From an uncultured Aquiluna sp. (GTDB taxonomy: Bacteria > Actinomycetota > Actinomycetes > Actinomycetales > Microbacteriaceae): a stretch of DNA of 64,000 bases. Positions 14,785 to 28,497 of the stretch are shown here, one piece after another. A program made the translations under genes and the position numbers. Position 1 is the stretch's first letter. Each line of letters begins with the position of its first letter. The stretch lies in assembly GCA_913775595.1 (NCBI GenBank), contig CAJYLB010000001.1, positions 1 through 64,000 of the forward strand. Direction: 5' to 3'. The notes beneath the pieces were generated by a model. That model saw only the letters and a program-made list of their open reading frames with translations. It did not search any database and had not been told where the DNA came from.

Positions 14785-15261
14785 ATGCCACGCGAGCGTG
14801 GTCAGAAGCTCATTGCCAATAACAAGCGAGCTCGCTACGACTACTTCATAGACGATGTCTATGAGGCTGGCCTTGTGCTATCCGGGACAGAGGTTAAATC
14901 GTTGCGTCAGGGCAAGGCATCGATAGCCGATGCCTATGCGCTTGTTGAGGGTGGCGAGGTATGGCTGGAAAATGCCTACATTCCTGAGTTCACGCAGGGC
15001 TCCTGGACCAACCACGCCACAAGGCGCAAGCGCAAGCTACTTATGGCCAAAAAGGAGATCGCGAAGCTTGCCGGTAAGTCCAAGGAGACCGGCTACACCC
15101 TGATACCAATCAGCCTCTACTTCAAGGACGGCTACGCCAAGGTTGAGATAGGTCTTGCCAGGGGTAAGAAGGACTACGACAAACGCCAGAGCCTAAAAGA
15201 AAAGGACGCCAAGAAAGAGATGAATAAGGCGATCCGAGAGCAAAAAACTAGAGAAATCTAA
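14785..15261 (+). CDS. smpB: SsrA-binding protein
   Basis: [23 protein letters not shown] motifs. Confidence 0.97.
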   Translation: MPRERGQKLIANNKRARYDYFIDDVYEAGLVLSGTEVKSLRQGKASIADAYALVEGGEVWLENAYIPEFTQGSWTNHATRRKRKLLMAKKEIAKLAGKSKETGYTLIPISLYFKDGYAKVEIGLARGKKDYDKRQSLKEKDAKKEMNKAIREQKTREI

Positions 15262-15300
15262 TTAGGTCACAAATTTGTAAAAATCCTGCGGAATTTTTTG

Positions 15301-15330
15301 TTGCGTAGCATAATTCTCCCCCCTTAGAAT
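15301..15330 (+). promoter_or_regulatory. Putative sigma-A promoter of rpoBC
   Basis: TTGCGT-18 bp-TAGAAT. Confidence 0.55.
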
Positions 15331-15352
15331 AGAGGTTTGCTTCCCTAACCCT

Positions 15353-15380
15353 GCCCGGCGATAAATAGCGGTTGTCTGGC
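15353..15380 (+). promoter_or_regulatory. rpoB leader hairpin with AAAUAGCG loop
   Basis: GCCCGGCGAT-AAATAGCG-GTTGTCTGGC; same loop as the rpoA leader hairpin. Confidence 0.55.
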
Positions 15381-15460
15381 GCGATGCAAATTGTGGCTCG
15401 TATCGGTTTAGGTATGCGAATTTCCGCCCAAACCTAACAACTTCCCTAGGGGTATTCACT

Positions 15461-18400
15461 TTGGCTGCTGCGAAAAACGCTAAATCCACCAAGTCCGCAA
15501 ACACATCTAGAACCGCTCAGAGACCTTCCTTTGCAAAGCACTCTGACCCGGTAGAGATCCCAGACCTACTCTCGCTTCAGACCGAGAGCTTTGACTGGCT
15601 AGTAGGAGCTCCTGCCTGGCGCGCAATCGCTGGCAAAGCTGCGAAGACCGGTCTCGACGAGGTCTTCGAAGAGATCAGCCCAATCGAGGACAGCAGCAAT
15701 GCTGCCCAGGACGCGAAGATGGGACTGTCCTTCTCTGACCCAGAACTATTTGACCCTCCCTACACCCCAGACGAGTGCAAGGAGAAGGGTAAGAGCTACA
15801 CTCAGCCGCTCTACATCAAGGCCGAGTTCACCAACTACCTAACCGGTGAGATCAAGAGCCAGACCGTATTCATGGGCGACTTCCCGGTCATGACCGGCAA
15901 GGGCACCTTCATCATCAACGGAACCGAGCGCGTGGTTGTCTCGCAGCTAGTGCGCTCCCCAGGTGTTTACTTCTCGGTATCCACAAACACCACTGGAAAC
16001 CTGGACGTTCGAAACAACAAGGCTCAGATCATTCCAAGCCGCGGAAGCTACCTGGAGTTTTTGACCGAGTGGGTCAAGGACGAGCGAAAGCCAGCAGCCC
16101 GCTTTGGCCAGCCAATTCTTCAGGTTCAGGTTGACCGCAAGACCAAGGTCTCGGCCACCATCTTCTTGAAGGCCCTTGGTTTCACCAAGGACGAGATTCG
16201 TGCTGAGTTCTCAGACATCAAGGCAGCTATAGAGGCAAGCCCGCTTGAGATGAAGTTCGATGAGGACATCATCGAGAGAACTTTGGAGTATGACGAGTCG
16301 AAGGTATTTGCCAACCCAATCTTGACCAAGGAAGAGGCTCTTCGCGAGGTCTACCGCAAGGTTCGCGGTGAGGCTGCAGGTAGTGAGGTAGCAGACGCAT
16401 GGCTGCGCTCCACCTACTTTGAGTCCAAGCGTTACAACCTCGCTCGCGTTGGTCGCCACAAGATCAACAGGAAGCTGCAGATCGAGGAAGACGCAAACAT
16501 TACGACCCTCACCAAGGCCGACATCGTCAGCACGCTGAAGTACCTGCTGCTTTTCGACCTCGTCCTCGCAAACAATGTGTCCTCAAGCTCGCAGAACGCC
16601 GAGTTTGCAATCAAGATGAACGGCAAGAAGGTAAACCTTGCTGTTCGCTCTGATGACATTGATGACTTCTCCAACCGCCGCATCCGCAGCGTTGGTGAGC
16701 TGATCCAGAACCAGGTTCGCATCGGCCTCAGCCGTATGGAGCGTGTGGTTCGCGAGCGTATGTCCACTCAGGACATCGAGGCGATTACCCCGCAGACCCT
16801 GATCAACCTGCGTCCAGTTGTTTCTGCACTGAAGGAGTTCTTCGGTGCCAGCCAGCTGTCACAGTTCATGGACCAGAACAACCCACTTGCCGGCCTCGCT
16901 CACAAGCGTCGTCTTTCTGCTCTGGGTCCTGGTGGTATCGCTCGTGAGCGTGCCCAGATGGAGGTTCGTGACGTTCACCCTTCCCACTACGGAAGGATGT
17001 GCCCGGTTGAGACCCCGGAAGGTCCAAACATTGGTCTGATCGGATCGCTTACCGCGTTTAGCCGCATCAACAGCTTTGGCTTCATCGAGACCCCTTACCG
17101 CGCAGTAAAGAACGGCAAGGTTTCAAAGACCGTTGAGTTCCTAGATGCCGCTGCTGAGGATGGCAAGGTAATCGCAGGTGCTGACACACCTTTGAACACC
17201 GATGGCTCGCTGAAGGGTCCAAAGGCCTTCGCTCGTTTCCGTGGCGACATCGTTGAGGTCGACGCAGCAGATGTTGACTACATCGACGTCTCCCCACGTC
17301 AGCTAGCTTCGGTCTCGACCTCGCTGATTCCATTCCTTGAGCACGATGACTCTTCACGTGCTCTGATGGGTGCGAACATGCAGCGTCAGGCTGTGCCGCT
17401 ACTGCGTGCCGACAGCCCATACGTCGGAACCGGTATGGAGCGCATTGCCGCCATTGACTCGGGTGCCGTAGTGGTTGCCGAGCAGGCCGGTGTTGTCGAG
17501 GAGATTGACGCTGACGAGATCACCGTTCACAACGACAACAAGAAGCGCTCCACCTACCCGCTGCGCAAGTTTGACCGCTCGAACCAGGGAACCGCTATCA
17601 ACCAGCGAGTAATCGTAGAGGTTGGTCAGCGCGTTGAGGCTGGCGACGTTCTTGCCGACGGTCCTTCGACCGAAAACGGTGAGCTAGCCCTTGGAAAGAA
17701 CCTGCTCGTGGCATTCATGCCTTGGGAGGGTTACAACTTCGAGGACGCGATCATCCTCAGCCAGGAGCTTGTGAAGCAAGACACCCTCTCTTCGATTCAC
17801 ATTGAGGAGTATGAGGTGGATGCTCGCGACACCAAGCTTGGTGCTGAGGAGATCACTGCCGACCTACCAAACATCTCGGTTGAGGCGCTTGCCCAGCTAG
17901 ATGAGATGGGTATCGTTCGCATCGGTGCTGAGGTTCGACCTGGAGACATCCTGGTTGGAAAGGTAACCCCTAAGGGTGAGACCGAGCTCTCGGCCGAGGA
18001 GCGACTATTGCGTGCGATCTTCAACGAGAAGAGCCGCGAGGTTCGCGACACCTCCTTGAAGGTCCCACACGGCGAGGGCGGAACCGTAATTGGCGTCAAG
18101 GTATTTGATGCTGAGGACGGCGACGAGCTCGGTGCCGGCGTGAACCGCAGGGTTGTGGTTCACATCGCCCAGAAGCGAAAGATCACCGAGGGTGACAAGC
18201 TTGCTGGCCGCCACGGCAACAAGGGTGTTATCGCCAAGATTCTCCCGGTTGAGGACATGCCGTTTATGGAGGATGGAACTCCTGTTGACATCGTGCTGAA
18301 CCCGCTGGGTATTCCAGGCCGTATGAACTTCGGTCAGGTTCTGGAGACCCACCTAGGTTGGGCATGTAAGCAGGGTTGGGACGTCAAGGGCGTTGCCAAG

Positions 18401-19084
18401 TGGGCTGATGACATGGCCAAGAGCCTGATCAAGAGCGAGCCTGGCACCAAGGTTGCAACTCCTGTGTTTGACGGTGCAACCAAGGACCAGGTAGCTGGCA
18501 TCTTGGACCACACGCTGCCAAACGACGATGGCCAGAGGCTCATCGACGGCAGCGGTAAGGCAAGGCTCTTTGATGGTCGCAGTGGCGAGCCATACCCAGA
18601 GCCAATTGCCGTTGGTGTCAAGTACATGCTCAAGCTCCACCACCTGGTCGACGACAAGATTCACGCTCGTTCGACCGGTCCTTACTCGATGATTACCCAG
18701 CAGCCACTGGGTGGTAAGGCGCAGTTTGGTGGCCAGAGGTTTGGTGAGATGGAGGTATGGGCCCTTCAGGCCTATGGCGCAGCTCACACTCTCCAGGAGC
18801 TGCTAACCATCAAGTCCGATGACATCGCAGGTCGCGTCCGTACCTACGAAGCGATCGTCAAGGGTGACAACATCCAGCCGCCAGGAATCCCCGAGTCATT
18901 CAGGGTTCTGGCAAAGGAGATGCAGTCACTGGGTCTCAACGTCGAGGTAATCGACGACGAGGGCAGGGTTGTAGTGCTGAAGGACGAGGAGTTCGAGTCC
19001 GACCGCGCAGCCGAGGAGCTCGGCATCAACCTAAGCCGCAACGAGAACCTGTCCGCCGAAACCGATTTCAACACCTACCAGTAA
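15461..19084 (+). CDS. rpoB: RNA polymerase beta subunit (divergent)
   Basis: [47 protein letters not shown]. Confidence 0.99.
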   Translation: MAAAKNAKSTKSANTSRTAQRPSFAKHSDPVEIPDLLSLQTESFDWLVGAPAWRAIAGKAAKTGLDEVFEEISPIEDSSNAAQDAKMGLSFSDPELFDPPYTPDECKEKGKSYTQPLYIKAEFTNYLTGEIKSQTVFMGDFPVMTGKGTFIINGTERVVVSQLVRSPGVYFSVSTNTTGNLDVRNNKAQIIPSRGSYLEFLTEWVKDERKPAARFGQPILQVQVDRKTKVSATIFLKALGFTKDEIRAEFSDIKAAIEASPLEMKFDEDIIERTLEYDESKVFANPILTKEEALREVYRKVRGEAAGSEVADAWLRSTYFESKRYNLARVGRHKINRKLQIEEDANITTLTKADIVSTLKYLLLFDLVLANNVSSSSQNAEFAIKMNGKKVNLAVRSDDIDDFSNRRIRSVGELIQNQVRIGLSRMERVVRERMSTQDIEAITPQTLINLRPVVSALKEFFGASQLSQFMDQNNPLAGLAHKRRLSALGPGGIARERAQMEVRDVHPSHYGRMCPVETPEGPNIGLIGSLTAFSRINSFGFIETPYRAVKNGKVSKTVEFLDAAAEDGKVIAGADTPLNTDGSLKGPKAFARFRGDIVEVDAADVDYIDVSPRQLASVSTSLIPFLEHDDSSRALMGANMQRQAVPLLRADSPYVGTGMERIAAIDSGAVVVAEQAGVVEEIDADEITVHNDNKKRSTYPLRKFDRSNQGTAINQRVIVEVGQRVEAGDVLADGPSTENGELALGKNLLVAFMPWEGYNFEDAIILSQELVKQDTLSSIHIEEYEVDARDTKLGAEEITADLPNISVEALAQLDEMGIVRIGAEVRPGDILVGKVTPKGETELSAEERLLRAIFNEKSREVRDTSLKVPHGEGGTVIGVKVFDAEDGDELGAGVNRRVVVHIAQKRKITEGDKLAGRHGNKGVIAKILPVEDMPFMEDGTPVDIVLNPLGIPGRMNFGQVLETHLGWACKQGWDVKGVAKWADDMAKSLIKSEPGTKVATPVFDGATKDQVAGILDHTLPNDDGQRLIDGSGKARLFDGRSGEPYPEPIAVGVKYMLKLHHLVDDKIHARSTGPYSMITQQPLGGKAQFGGQRFGEMEVWALQAYGAAHTLQELLTIKSDDIAGRVRTYEAIVKGDNIQPPGIPESFRVLAKEMQSLGLNVEVIDDEGRVVVLKDEEFESDRAAEELGINLSRNENLSAETDFNTYQ

Positions 19085-19106
19085 GACCTAAGAGGAACTA
19101 GAGAAA

Positions 19107-22100
19107 ATGTCAGTAAGAGTAGAAAACTTCAGTGCCCTTCGCGTTGGTCTTGCAACCAGCGAGGACATCCGTTCGTGGTCATCTGGTGAGGTAAAGAAGC
19201 CAGAGACCATCAACTACCGAACCCTCAAGCCGGAAAAGGACGGCCTTTTCTGCGAGAAGATCTTTGGTCCCACAAAGGACTGGGAGTGCTCGTGTGGAAA
19301 GTACAAGCGTGTCCGCTTCAAGGGCATCGTCTGTGAGCGCTGTGGTGTCGAGGTAACCAAGAGCTCGGTTCGTCGTGAGCGCATGGGCCACATCGAGCTT
19401 GCGGCTCCGGTAACCCACATCTGGTACTTCAAGGGTGTTCCATCACGCCTTGGCTACCTGTTGAACATGGCTCCAAAGGATCTCGAGAAGATCATTTACT
19501 TCGCTGCCTACCGCGTCATGGACATCGATCGCGAGCTTCGCGACAGCGAGTATGACCTGGTTCGCGAGGAGTACGTGGACCGTATTCGTGCTCTGGTTGC
19601 AGCTCGTAACGAGGAGTTCGAGGCAGCGGCCTCGGAGGAGATCGCCGAGCTTCGCGAGCTGGGACTTGAGCTTCAGGTTTCCAACAAGTTCTGGGAGCTA
19701 CCTCGCTGGATTGAGAAGCAGTTTGCCAAGAGCGTTGAGCAGCTAATCGACGCCGAGGAGAAGGACCCAGAGGGCTTCTGGTCCGCTAAGTCGCTTGCTA
19801 TCGAGACCGACGAGGAGCAGGAGGACGCAGTCGTCCGCACCTCGGATGAGACCAAGAAGATCAAGAAGCTCACGATGGACTTCAAGAAGAAGACCGACAA
19901 AATCGTGCGCGAGTACGCCCGTCTGGAGCGCCCTGCAAACCTTCACAAGGAGCAGATCGCATGGAGGATGTTCCTAACCGCTGAGGTTGGCCAGCTACTT
20001 CCAAACGACGTGATCTTCGACCACTTCGACTACTACTTCTCCGACTACATCATCACCGAGATTGGTGCCGAGGCAGTTATGCAGGTGCTGGCCGGTTTTG
20101 ACCTAGAGGGTGCTGCGGCTGAGCTTCGTGCTGAGATCGCAACCACCAAGGGCTCAAAGCAAACCCAGGCAATCAAGCGCCTGAAGGTTGTTAGCAGCTT
20201 CGAGCAGTCGGGAACCCCTCCCACCTCGATGGTGCTGTCGGTGCTACCAGTGCTGCCACCTGAGATTCGTCCAATGGTTCAGCTTGATGGTGGCCGCTTT
20301 GCCACCTCAGACCTCAACGACCTCTACCGCAGGGTTATCAACCGTAATAACCGTCTGAAGAGGTTTGTCGACCTGGGTGCTGTTCCAAAGACCATTTTGA
20401 ACAATGAGAAGCGCATGCTTCAGGAGGCTGTTGACGCTCTGTTCGACAACGGTCGCCGTGGTCGTGCTGTTACCGGTACCGGTAACCGCGCCCTGAAGTC
20501 GCTTTCTGACCTTTTGAAGGGTAAGCAGGGTCGTTTCCGCCAGAACCTACTGGGTAAGCGCGTTGACTACTCGGGCCGTTCGGTAATTGTGGTTGGTCCT
20601 CAGCTGAAGCTCCACCAGTGTGGTCTTCCAAAGCTGATGGCACTCGAGCTGTTCAAGCCGTTTGTGATGAAGCGCCTTGTTGATCTTGGTCTTGCTCAGA
20701 ACATCAAGAGCGCTAAGCGCATGGTTGAAAGAAGCCGCCCGCAGGTTTGGGGCGCCTTGGAAGAGGTAATCAAGGAAAGGCCGGTACTTCTAAACCGTGC
20801 ACCGACCCTTCACCGCCTCGGTATTCAGGCATTCGAGCCAGTACTGGTTGAGGGTAAGGCAATTCAGCTGCACCCGCTCGTCTGTGCTGCGTTCAACGCT
20901 GACTTCGATGGTGACCAGATGGCTGTTCACCTGCCGCTCTCCGTGGAGGCTCAGGCTGAGGCCAGGATCTTGATGCTCGCATCAAACAACATCCTGAAGC
21001 CATCCGATGGTCGCCCGGTTGCAACCCCAACCCAGGACATGATCATTGGCCTGTTCCACCTGACCGAAGAGGTTGAGGGTGCTAAGGGTGAGGGCCTAGC
21101 CTTCAGCTCGATGGCTGAGGCTCAGATGGCCTATGACATTCACGAGCTGGCTATCAGTGCAAAGGTTCGAATCCGCATCGATGGAGAGCTACGCGAGACC
21201 ACCTTTGGTCGCGCACTGTTCAACGAGGCGCTGCCTGAGAACTACCCGTTTGTAAACGAGCAGGTTGGCAAGAAGCAGCTCGGACAGATTGTTTCTGATC
21301 TGGTTGAGATGTATTCGAGGACCGAGGTTGCCGCTTCCCTTGACAAGCTCAAGGACGCTGGTTTCCACTGGGCTACCCGCTCGGGTGTTTCAATGGCTAT
21401 CTCGGACGCAAACTTCGACCCGAAGGGAACCTTCGACAAGAAGCGCGCCGAGATGATCACTAAGGCCGAGAAGCAGCACACCAAGATTCAGGAAGCATTC
21501 GACAACGGTCTCAAGTCAGACCTCGAGCGTCGTGATGAGCTGGGTGAGCTTTGGTCTAAGGAGACCAAGGAAATCCAGACCATGCTTCAGGAGTCCATCC
21601 CGCACGACAACGCGATCTACAAGATGGTGACCTCTGGAGCTAGGGGTAACTGGCTGCAGATCCGTTCGATCATGGGTATGCGTGGTCCGGTTGCGACCTC
21701 ATCCGGTGACTTCGCACCGATGCCTGTGAAGGGTAACTACCTGCTCGGTCTAACCGCGCACGAGTACTTCACCAACGCAACCGGTGCTCGAAAGGGTAAC
21801 GCTGACACCGCCATGAAGACTGCGGCCGCCGGTTACCTAACCCGTCGTCTGGTTGACGTGGCGCAGGACGTAATCATTCAGATTGAGGACTGTGGCACAT
21901 CGAAGGGTCTTGAGAAGGACCTGCTGGATGACGAGCAGGTCGAGCTGTCGATTGTTGGCCGCTCCAACCTTGCAGATGTAAAGGTCGGCAAGGATGTGCT
22001 GGTCAAGGCTGGCGAGAACATCGATCACGCCACCGTTCGCAGGCTCAAGGAAGCCGGAGTTGAGACCATCGTGGTCCGCTCGGTTCTTACCTGTGAGGCT

Positions 22101-23285
22101 GAGGCTGGTATTTGTGCCGCATGTTACGGAGTATCTCTTGCTACCAACCAGGAGGTGAACGTCGGTGAGGCCATCGGTATCATCGCCGCTCAGTCCATTG
22201 GTGAGCCAGGTACCCAGCTGACAATGCGTACCTTCCACACCGGAGGTGCTGCTGAGAACACCAAGAAGCAGACCATTCTGAAGTCAATTGGTGGTCAGAA
22301 GGTTCGTGTTGAGCGTCTGATCTCCTACGACATCACTCAGGGTCTAAACGGTGTTACCGACCTCCTCGAGGCTCGTGTTGGTTGGCGTCAGGCTGGCAAG
22401 GTTGCTGTTATGGCCTTCTGGGACGGAAAGGTTGACCTCGTAGAGAAGGTCTCCACAACCGGAACCAAGAGCTATGACGTCTTCGTTCGCCCACAGGGTG
22501 AGAAGGCGGAGAAGGAGGCTGAGGCGCTAGCCATGCAGTACAGCTTCTCCAGAACCGCCTCGAAGACCTTCAAGAAGCTGAGCCCATACCTGCCAATCAC
22601 CACGGTGTCATCCGCCGATGACCTACTGGTTGAGAAGGGCGAGATGGTTGAGGCCGGAGACTACCTGGTTGATGGAACCCCAATTCCACACGAGGTGCTG
22701 ATGATCAAGGGAAGCCGCGAGGCTGCCGCCGAGATCATCCGCGGTGTTCAGGCGATCTACGGCTCCCAGGGTGTGCCGCTGCACGACAAGCACCTTGAGG
22801 TGATTGTTCGTCAGATGCTCTCCAAGGTCACCGTTATTGACTCCGGAGACACCGACATGCTCCCGGGTGAGATCATCGACCGTCAGCGCTTTGCGGCCAA
22901 GAACCGCGAGGCAGTAGGTCAGGGTCTACGTCCAGCCAGCGCGCGTCAAGAGGTTATGGGTATGACCCGTGCCTCATTGGCAGCTCAGTCTTGGCTATCG
23001 GCGGCCTCCTTCCAGGAGACCACCAGGGTGCTAACCCAGGCGGCACTGGACAGGCGAGAGGACAAGCTCGTCGGTCTGAAGGAGAACGTCATCATTGGAA
23101 AGCTAATCCCAGCCGGAACTGGTATGGCTCGCTACCGCAACTTCGAGGTCGATGGCACCGAAGAGGCAAAGGCAGAGCGTTACCCGAACCGAATCTGGTC
23201 GGATGCTTCCTTTGAGGATGCAGACCTGGATTCCCAGGAGCTAAGCCTCTCGGTTGCAGACCCATTTGCAGTCGAAGAGAACTAA
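19107..23285 (+). CDS. rpoC: RNA polymerase beta' subunit (divergent, several insertions)
   Basis: NADFDGD catalytic motif, both Zn sites, [13 protein letters not shown]. Confidence 0.99.
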   Translation: MSVRVENFSALRVGLATSEDIRSWSSGEVKKPETINYRTLKPEKDGLFCEKIFGPTKDWECSCGKYKRVRFKGIVCERCGVEVTKSSVRRERMGHIELAAPVTHIWYFKGVPSRLGYLLNMAPKDLEKIIYFAAYRVMDIDRELRDSEYDLVREEYVDRIRALVAARNEEFEAAASEEIAELRELGLELQVSNKFWELPRWIEKQFAKSVEQLIDAEEKDPEGFWSAKSLAIETDEEQEDAVVRTSDETKKIKKLTMDFKKKTDKIVREYARLERPANLHKEQIAWRMFLTAEVGQLLPNDVIFDHFDYYFSDYIITEIGAEAVMQVLAGFDLEGAAAELRAEIATTKGSKQTQAIKRLKVVSSFEQSGTPPTSMVLSVLPVLPPEIRPMVQLDGGRFATSDLNDLYRRVINRNNRLKRFVDLGAVPKTILNNEKRMLQEAVDALFDNGRRGRAVTGTGNRALKSLSDLLKGKQGRFRQNLLGKRVDYSGRSVIVVGPQLKLHQCGLPKLMALELFKPFVMKRLVDLGLAQNIKSAKRMVERSRPQVWGALEEVIKERPVLLNRAPTLHRLGIQAFEPVLVEGKAIQLHPLVCAAFNADFDGDQMAVHLPLSVEAQAEARILMLASNNILKPSDGRPVATPTQDMIIGLFHLTEEVEGAKGEGLAFSSMAEAQMAYDIHELAISAKVRIRIDGELRETTFGRALFNEALPENYPFVNEQVGKKQLGQIVSDLVEMYSRTEVAASLDKLKDAGFHWATRSGVSMAISDANFDPKGTFDKKRAEMITKAEKQHTKIQEAFDNGLKSDLERRDELGELWSKETKEIQTMLQESIPHDNAIYKMVTSGARGNWLQIRSIMGMRGPVATSSGDFAPMPVKGNYLLGLTAHEYFTNATGARKGNADTAMKTAAAGYLTRRLVDVAQDVIIQIEDCGTSKGLEKDLLDDEQVELSIVGRSNLADVKVGKDVLVKAGENIDHATVRRLKEAGVETIVVRSVLTCEAEAGICAACYGVSLATNQEVNVGEAIGIIAAQSIGEPGTQLTMRTFHTGGAAENTKKQTILKSIGGQKVRVERLISYDITQGLNGVTDLLEARVGWRQAGKVAVMAFWDGKVDLVEKVSTTGTKSYDVFVRPQGEKAEKEAEALAMQYSFSRTASKTFKKLSPYLPITTVSSADDLLVEKGEMVEAGDYLVDGTPIPHEVLMIKGSREAAAEIIRGVQAIYGSQGVPLHDKHLEVIVRQMLSKVTVIDSGDTDMLPGEIIDRQRFAAKNREAVGQGLRPASARQEVMGMTRASLAAQSWLSAASFQETTRVLTQAALDRREDKLVGLKENVIIGKLIPAGTGMARYRNFEVDGTEEAKAERYPNRIWSDASFEDADLDSQELSLSVADPFAVEEN

Positions 23286-23453
23286 CAACAACATAAAAAG
23301 TATTTGACCGCCTCAAGCGGCTACAGGTATGCTTGGCGAGGTTCATGCGAGAGCGTGTATCGGGCCGAAATCCTCTAGTCGCTGAGGGTGGGTCAAAGAA
23401 AATAACTTCGGTAACAGCTTTTTGCTGTGCCGAGGAACGAATAAGGAGTACTA

Positions 23454-23825
23454 GTGCCAACAATTCAGCAGTTGGTTCGCAAGGGTCGTAGCCCAAAGGT
23501 CTCGAAGACCAAGAGCCCGGCCTTGAAGGCTAACCCGCAGCAGCGTGGCGTATGCACCCGTGTGTACACCACCACACCAAAGAAGCCGAACTCGGCTCTT
23601 CGTAAGGTTGCGCGTGTGAAGCTATCGAACGGCGTTGAGGTAACTGCCTACATCCCAGGCGAGGGCCACAACCTCCAGGAGCACTCGATGGTGCTCGTGC
23701 GTGGAGGACGTGTGAAGGACCTGCCGGGTGTGCGTTACAAGATTGTTCGTGGTGCGCTAGACACCCAGGCCGTGAAAGACCGTCAGCAGGCTCGTAGCCG
23801 CTACGGTGCAAAGAAGGGTAAGTAA
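23454..23825 (+). CDS. rpsL: 30S ribosomal protein S12
   Basis: [21 protein letters not shown]. Confidence 0.99.
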   Translation: MPTIQQLVRKGRSPKVSKTKSPALKANPQQRGVCTRVYTTTPKKPNSALRKVARVKLSNGVEVTAYIPGEGHNLQEHSMVLVRGGRVKDLPGVRYKIVRGALDTQAVKDRQQARSRYGAKKGK

Positions 23826-24295
23826 TGCCTCGTAAGGGCCCAGTAGCCAAGCGTCCAGTAGCTGTAGACCCTGTTTACGGCTCCCCAGTTGTATCGCAGC
23901 TGGTCAACAAGATTTTGCTAGATGGCAAGAAGTCACTTGCCGAGAAGACCGTCTACGGCGCTCTCGAGGGAACCAACCGCAAGACCGGTGACGACCCAGT
24001 AGTTCTTCTGAAGAAGGCTCTGGACAACGTCCGCCCAACCGTGGAGGTAAAGTCCCGCCGCGTTGGTGGTTCTACCTACCAGGTTCCAGTAGAGGTCAAG
24101 GCACACCGTGCCAACACCCTTGCTATGCGCTGGTTGGTCCAGTACGCACGCCTGCGTCGCGAGAAGACCATGACCGAGCGCCTAATGAACGAGATCTTGG
24201 ATGCCTCCAACGGTCTTGGTGCAGCTGTGAAGCGTCGTGAGGACACTCACAAGATGGCCGAGTCCAACAAGGCATTCGCCCACTACCGCTGGTAA
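23825..24295 (+). CDS. rpsG: 30S ribosomal protein S7
   Basis: [18 protein letters not shown]. Confidence 0.99.
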   Translation: MPRKGPVAKRPVAVDPVYGSPVVSQLVNKILLDGKKSLAEKTVYGALEGTNRKTGDDPVVLLKKALDNVRPTVEVKSRRVGGSTYQVPVEVKAHRANTLAMRWLVQYARLRREKTMTERLMNEILDASNGLGAAVKRREDTHKMAESNKAFAHYRW

Positions 24296-24377
24296 TCCAG
24301 CAACATCCGCAAAGTTTTGCATCGCCAAGACTCTGCGGATGACTTATTTCAACGACTAGTCACTTTCGGAGGACACC

Positions 24378-26480
<2,103 letters not shown>

Positions 26481-26583
26481 GAAATCCTGCTTCAACTAGC
26501 TAAGATAGAAAGACTGTAAACCCCAAATCAGAGTCGGCCTCCGAGGTCGATGATTTACTACGGATCCATCAGGAGGACCCACA

Positions 26584-27774
26584 ATGGCTAAGGCGAAATT
26601 CGAGCGCACAAAGCCGCACGTCAACATCGGAACCATTGGTCACGTCGACCACGGTAAGACCACTCTGACTGCGGCAATTACCAAGGTGCTGCACGACAAG
26701 TTCCCAACACTTAACGACAGCTACGCATTCGATGCAATCGACAACTCCCCAGAGGAGAAGCAGCGTGGTATCACCATCAACATCTCCCACGTGGAGTACC
26801 AGACCGACAAGCGCCACTACGCACACGTAGACGCTCCAGGTCACGCTGACTACATCAAGAACATGATCACTGGTGCCGCACAGATGGACGGCGCAATCCT
26901 CGTGGTTGCTGCTACCGACGGCCCAATGCCTCAGACCAAGGAGCACGTGCTTCTTGCTCGCCAGGTTGGTGTTCCTTACATCGTTGTTGCCCTGAACAAG
27001 GCTGACATGGTCGATGACGAGGAAATCCTTGAACTGGTTGAGGTTGAGGTTCGTGACCTGCTGAACCAGTACGAGTTCCCAGGTGACGACGCTCCTGTAG
27101 TCCGCGTTTCAGGTTTGAAGGCCCTCGAGGGTGACGCAACCTGGGGCGAGGCAGTTGCCAAGCTCATGGAGGCTTGCGACGAGAACATCCCAGAGCCACA
27201 GCGCGACACCGACAAGCCATTCCTTATGCCAGTTGAGGACGTCTTCACGATCACCGGTCGTGGAACCGTTATCACTGGAAAGGTTGAGCGTGGTCAGATC
27301 AACGTAAACGACGAGGTCGAGATCGTTGGTATCCGCGACAAGCAGAAGACCACCGTTACCGGAATCGAGATGTTCCGCAAGCTGCTCGACTACGCAGAGG
27401 CCGGCGAGAACGTAGGTCTACTACTTCGTGGTACCAAGCGTGAGGACGTCGAGCGTGGTCAGGTTGTCTGCAAGCCAGGCTCAATTACCCCACACACCAA
27501 CTTTGACGCCAACGTCTACATCCTTTCCAAGGATGAGGGTGGCCGTCACAACCCGTTCTACACGAACTACCGCCCACAGTTCTATTTCCGTACCACTGAC
27601 GTAACAGGCGTTATCAGCCTGCCATCGGGTACCGAGATGGTTATGCCTGGCGACACCACCGAGATGAGCGTTGAGCTGATTCAGCCAATCGCCATGGAGG
27701 AAGGTCTACGCTTCGCGATCCGTGAGGGTGGCCGCACCGTAGGTGCCGGTACCGTCACCAAGATCAACAAGTAA
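26584..27774 (+). CDS. tuf: Elongation factor Tu
   Basis: [24 protein letters not shown]. Confidence 0.99.
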   Translation: MAKAKFERTKPHVNIGTIGHVDHGKTTLTAAITKVLHDKFPTLNDSYAFDAIDNSPEEKQRGITINISHVEYQTDKRHYAHVDAPGHADYIKNMITGAAQMDGAILVVAATDGPMPQTKEHVLLARQVGVPYIVVALNKADMVDDEEILELVEVEVRDLLNQYEFPGDDAPVVRVSGLKALEGDATWGEAVAKLMEACDENIPEPQRDTDKPFLMPVEDVFTITGRGTVITGKVERGQINVNDEVEIVGIRDKQKTTVTGIEMFRKLLDYAEAGENVGLLLRGTKREDVERGQVVCKPGSITPHTNFDANVYILSKDEGGRHNPFYTNYRPQFYFRTTDVTGVISLPSGTEMVMPGDTTEMSVELIQPIAMEEGLRFAIREGGRTVGAGTVTKINK

Positions 27775-27794
27775 GTTCGTACAACGACTTGCTG

Positions 27795-27821
27795 AAACCC
27801 CCTGGGAAACCAGGGGGTTTT
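27795..27821 (+). terminator. Intrinsic terminator after tuf
   Basis: AAACCCCCTGG-GAAA-CCAGGGGGTTTT. Confidence 0.85.
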
Positions 27822-28178
27822 GCTTTGCCTTGTTGCCTGCATTTTTCTAAGAAAAAACTTGCATTGCAACCTTTGGCTATGGCAGGATTGTCAGGTTCCA
27901 AAGCGCGAGGTAACTCGCCCACTGCAGGATACGTGCACAGATTCTGGGCCGGCCGCAGATAGAGCAAAAACTAAAGCCGAAATCTTGTTTGGGTTTTTCG
28001 CGTGGTCTTTCCATGCGACACGCCCGAGTCAAGGTGTCGGCGAGAGTCCTAGAAATAGGGCGTTGACAGCAAAACAGTGCATCAGCATCACGGTGGTCAA
28101 TAAGATTTGCGTTTTTTGCAAAGCGAGTTGGCCCCTAAAACACGTGACCGAGAGGTCACAAGACGGAAGCGAGTCAAA

Positions 28179-28487
28179 ATGGCGGCTAATAAAATCCGCA
28201 TTCGACTGAAGTCGTATGACCACGAGGTCATCGACGTCTCGGCGAGCAAAATCGTCGACACAGTCACACGCGCCGGTGCGAAGGTTGTAGGCCCTGTGCC
28301 ACTTCCCACCGAGAAGAACGTGGTAACGGTTATCCGTTCCCCACACAAGTACAAGGACAGCCGTGAGCACTTTGAGATGCGTACCCACAAGCGTCTCATT
28401 GACATCGTCGACCCAACCCCAAAGGCCGTCGATTCGCTGATGCGCTTGGACCTTCCAGCAGACGTCAACATCGAGATCAAGCTTTAG
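28179..28487 (+). CDS. rpsJ: 30S ribosomal protein S10
   Basis: [21 protein letters not shown] 28179. Confidence 0.98.
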   Translation: MAANKIRIRLKSYDHEVIDVSASKIVDTVTRAGAKVVGPVPLPTEKNVVTVIRSPHKYKDSREHFEMRTHKRLIDIVDPTPKAVDSLMRLDLPADVNIEIKL

Positions 28488-28497
28488 GGATAGACAG

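Noticed and set aside
16835..16935. Rifampicin-resistant RpoB
   Set aside because: Key cluster I residues (E. coli Q513, D516, H526, R529, S531, L533) are retained; only peripheral changes
22248..22328. Intein or intron in rpoC
   Set aside because: Too short, lacks C/S...HN splice motifs, and the frame is uninterrupted
23454..23825. Streptomycin-resistance alleles of rpsL
   Set aside because: K43 and K88 equivalents are wild type
26584..27774. EF-Tu of foreign origin (the [14 protein letters not shown] segment differs from recalled Microbacteriaceae EF-Tu)
   Set aside because: Rests on memory of one variable loop; needs a phylogeny; position and codon style look native
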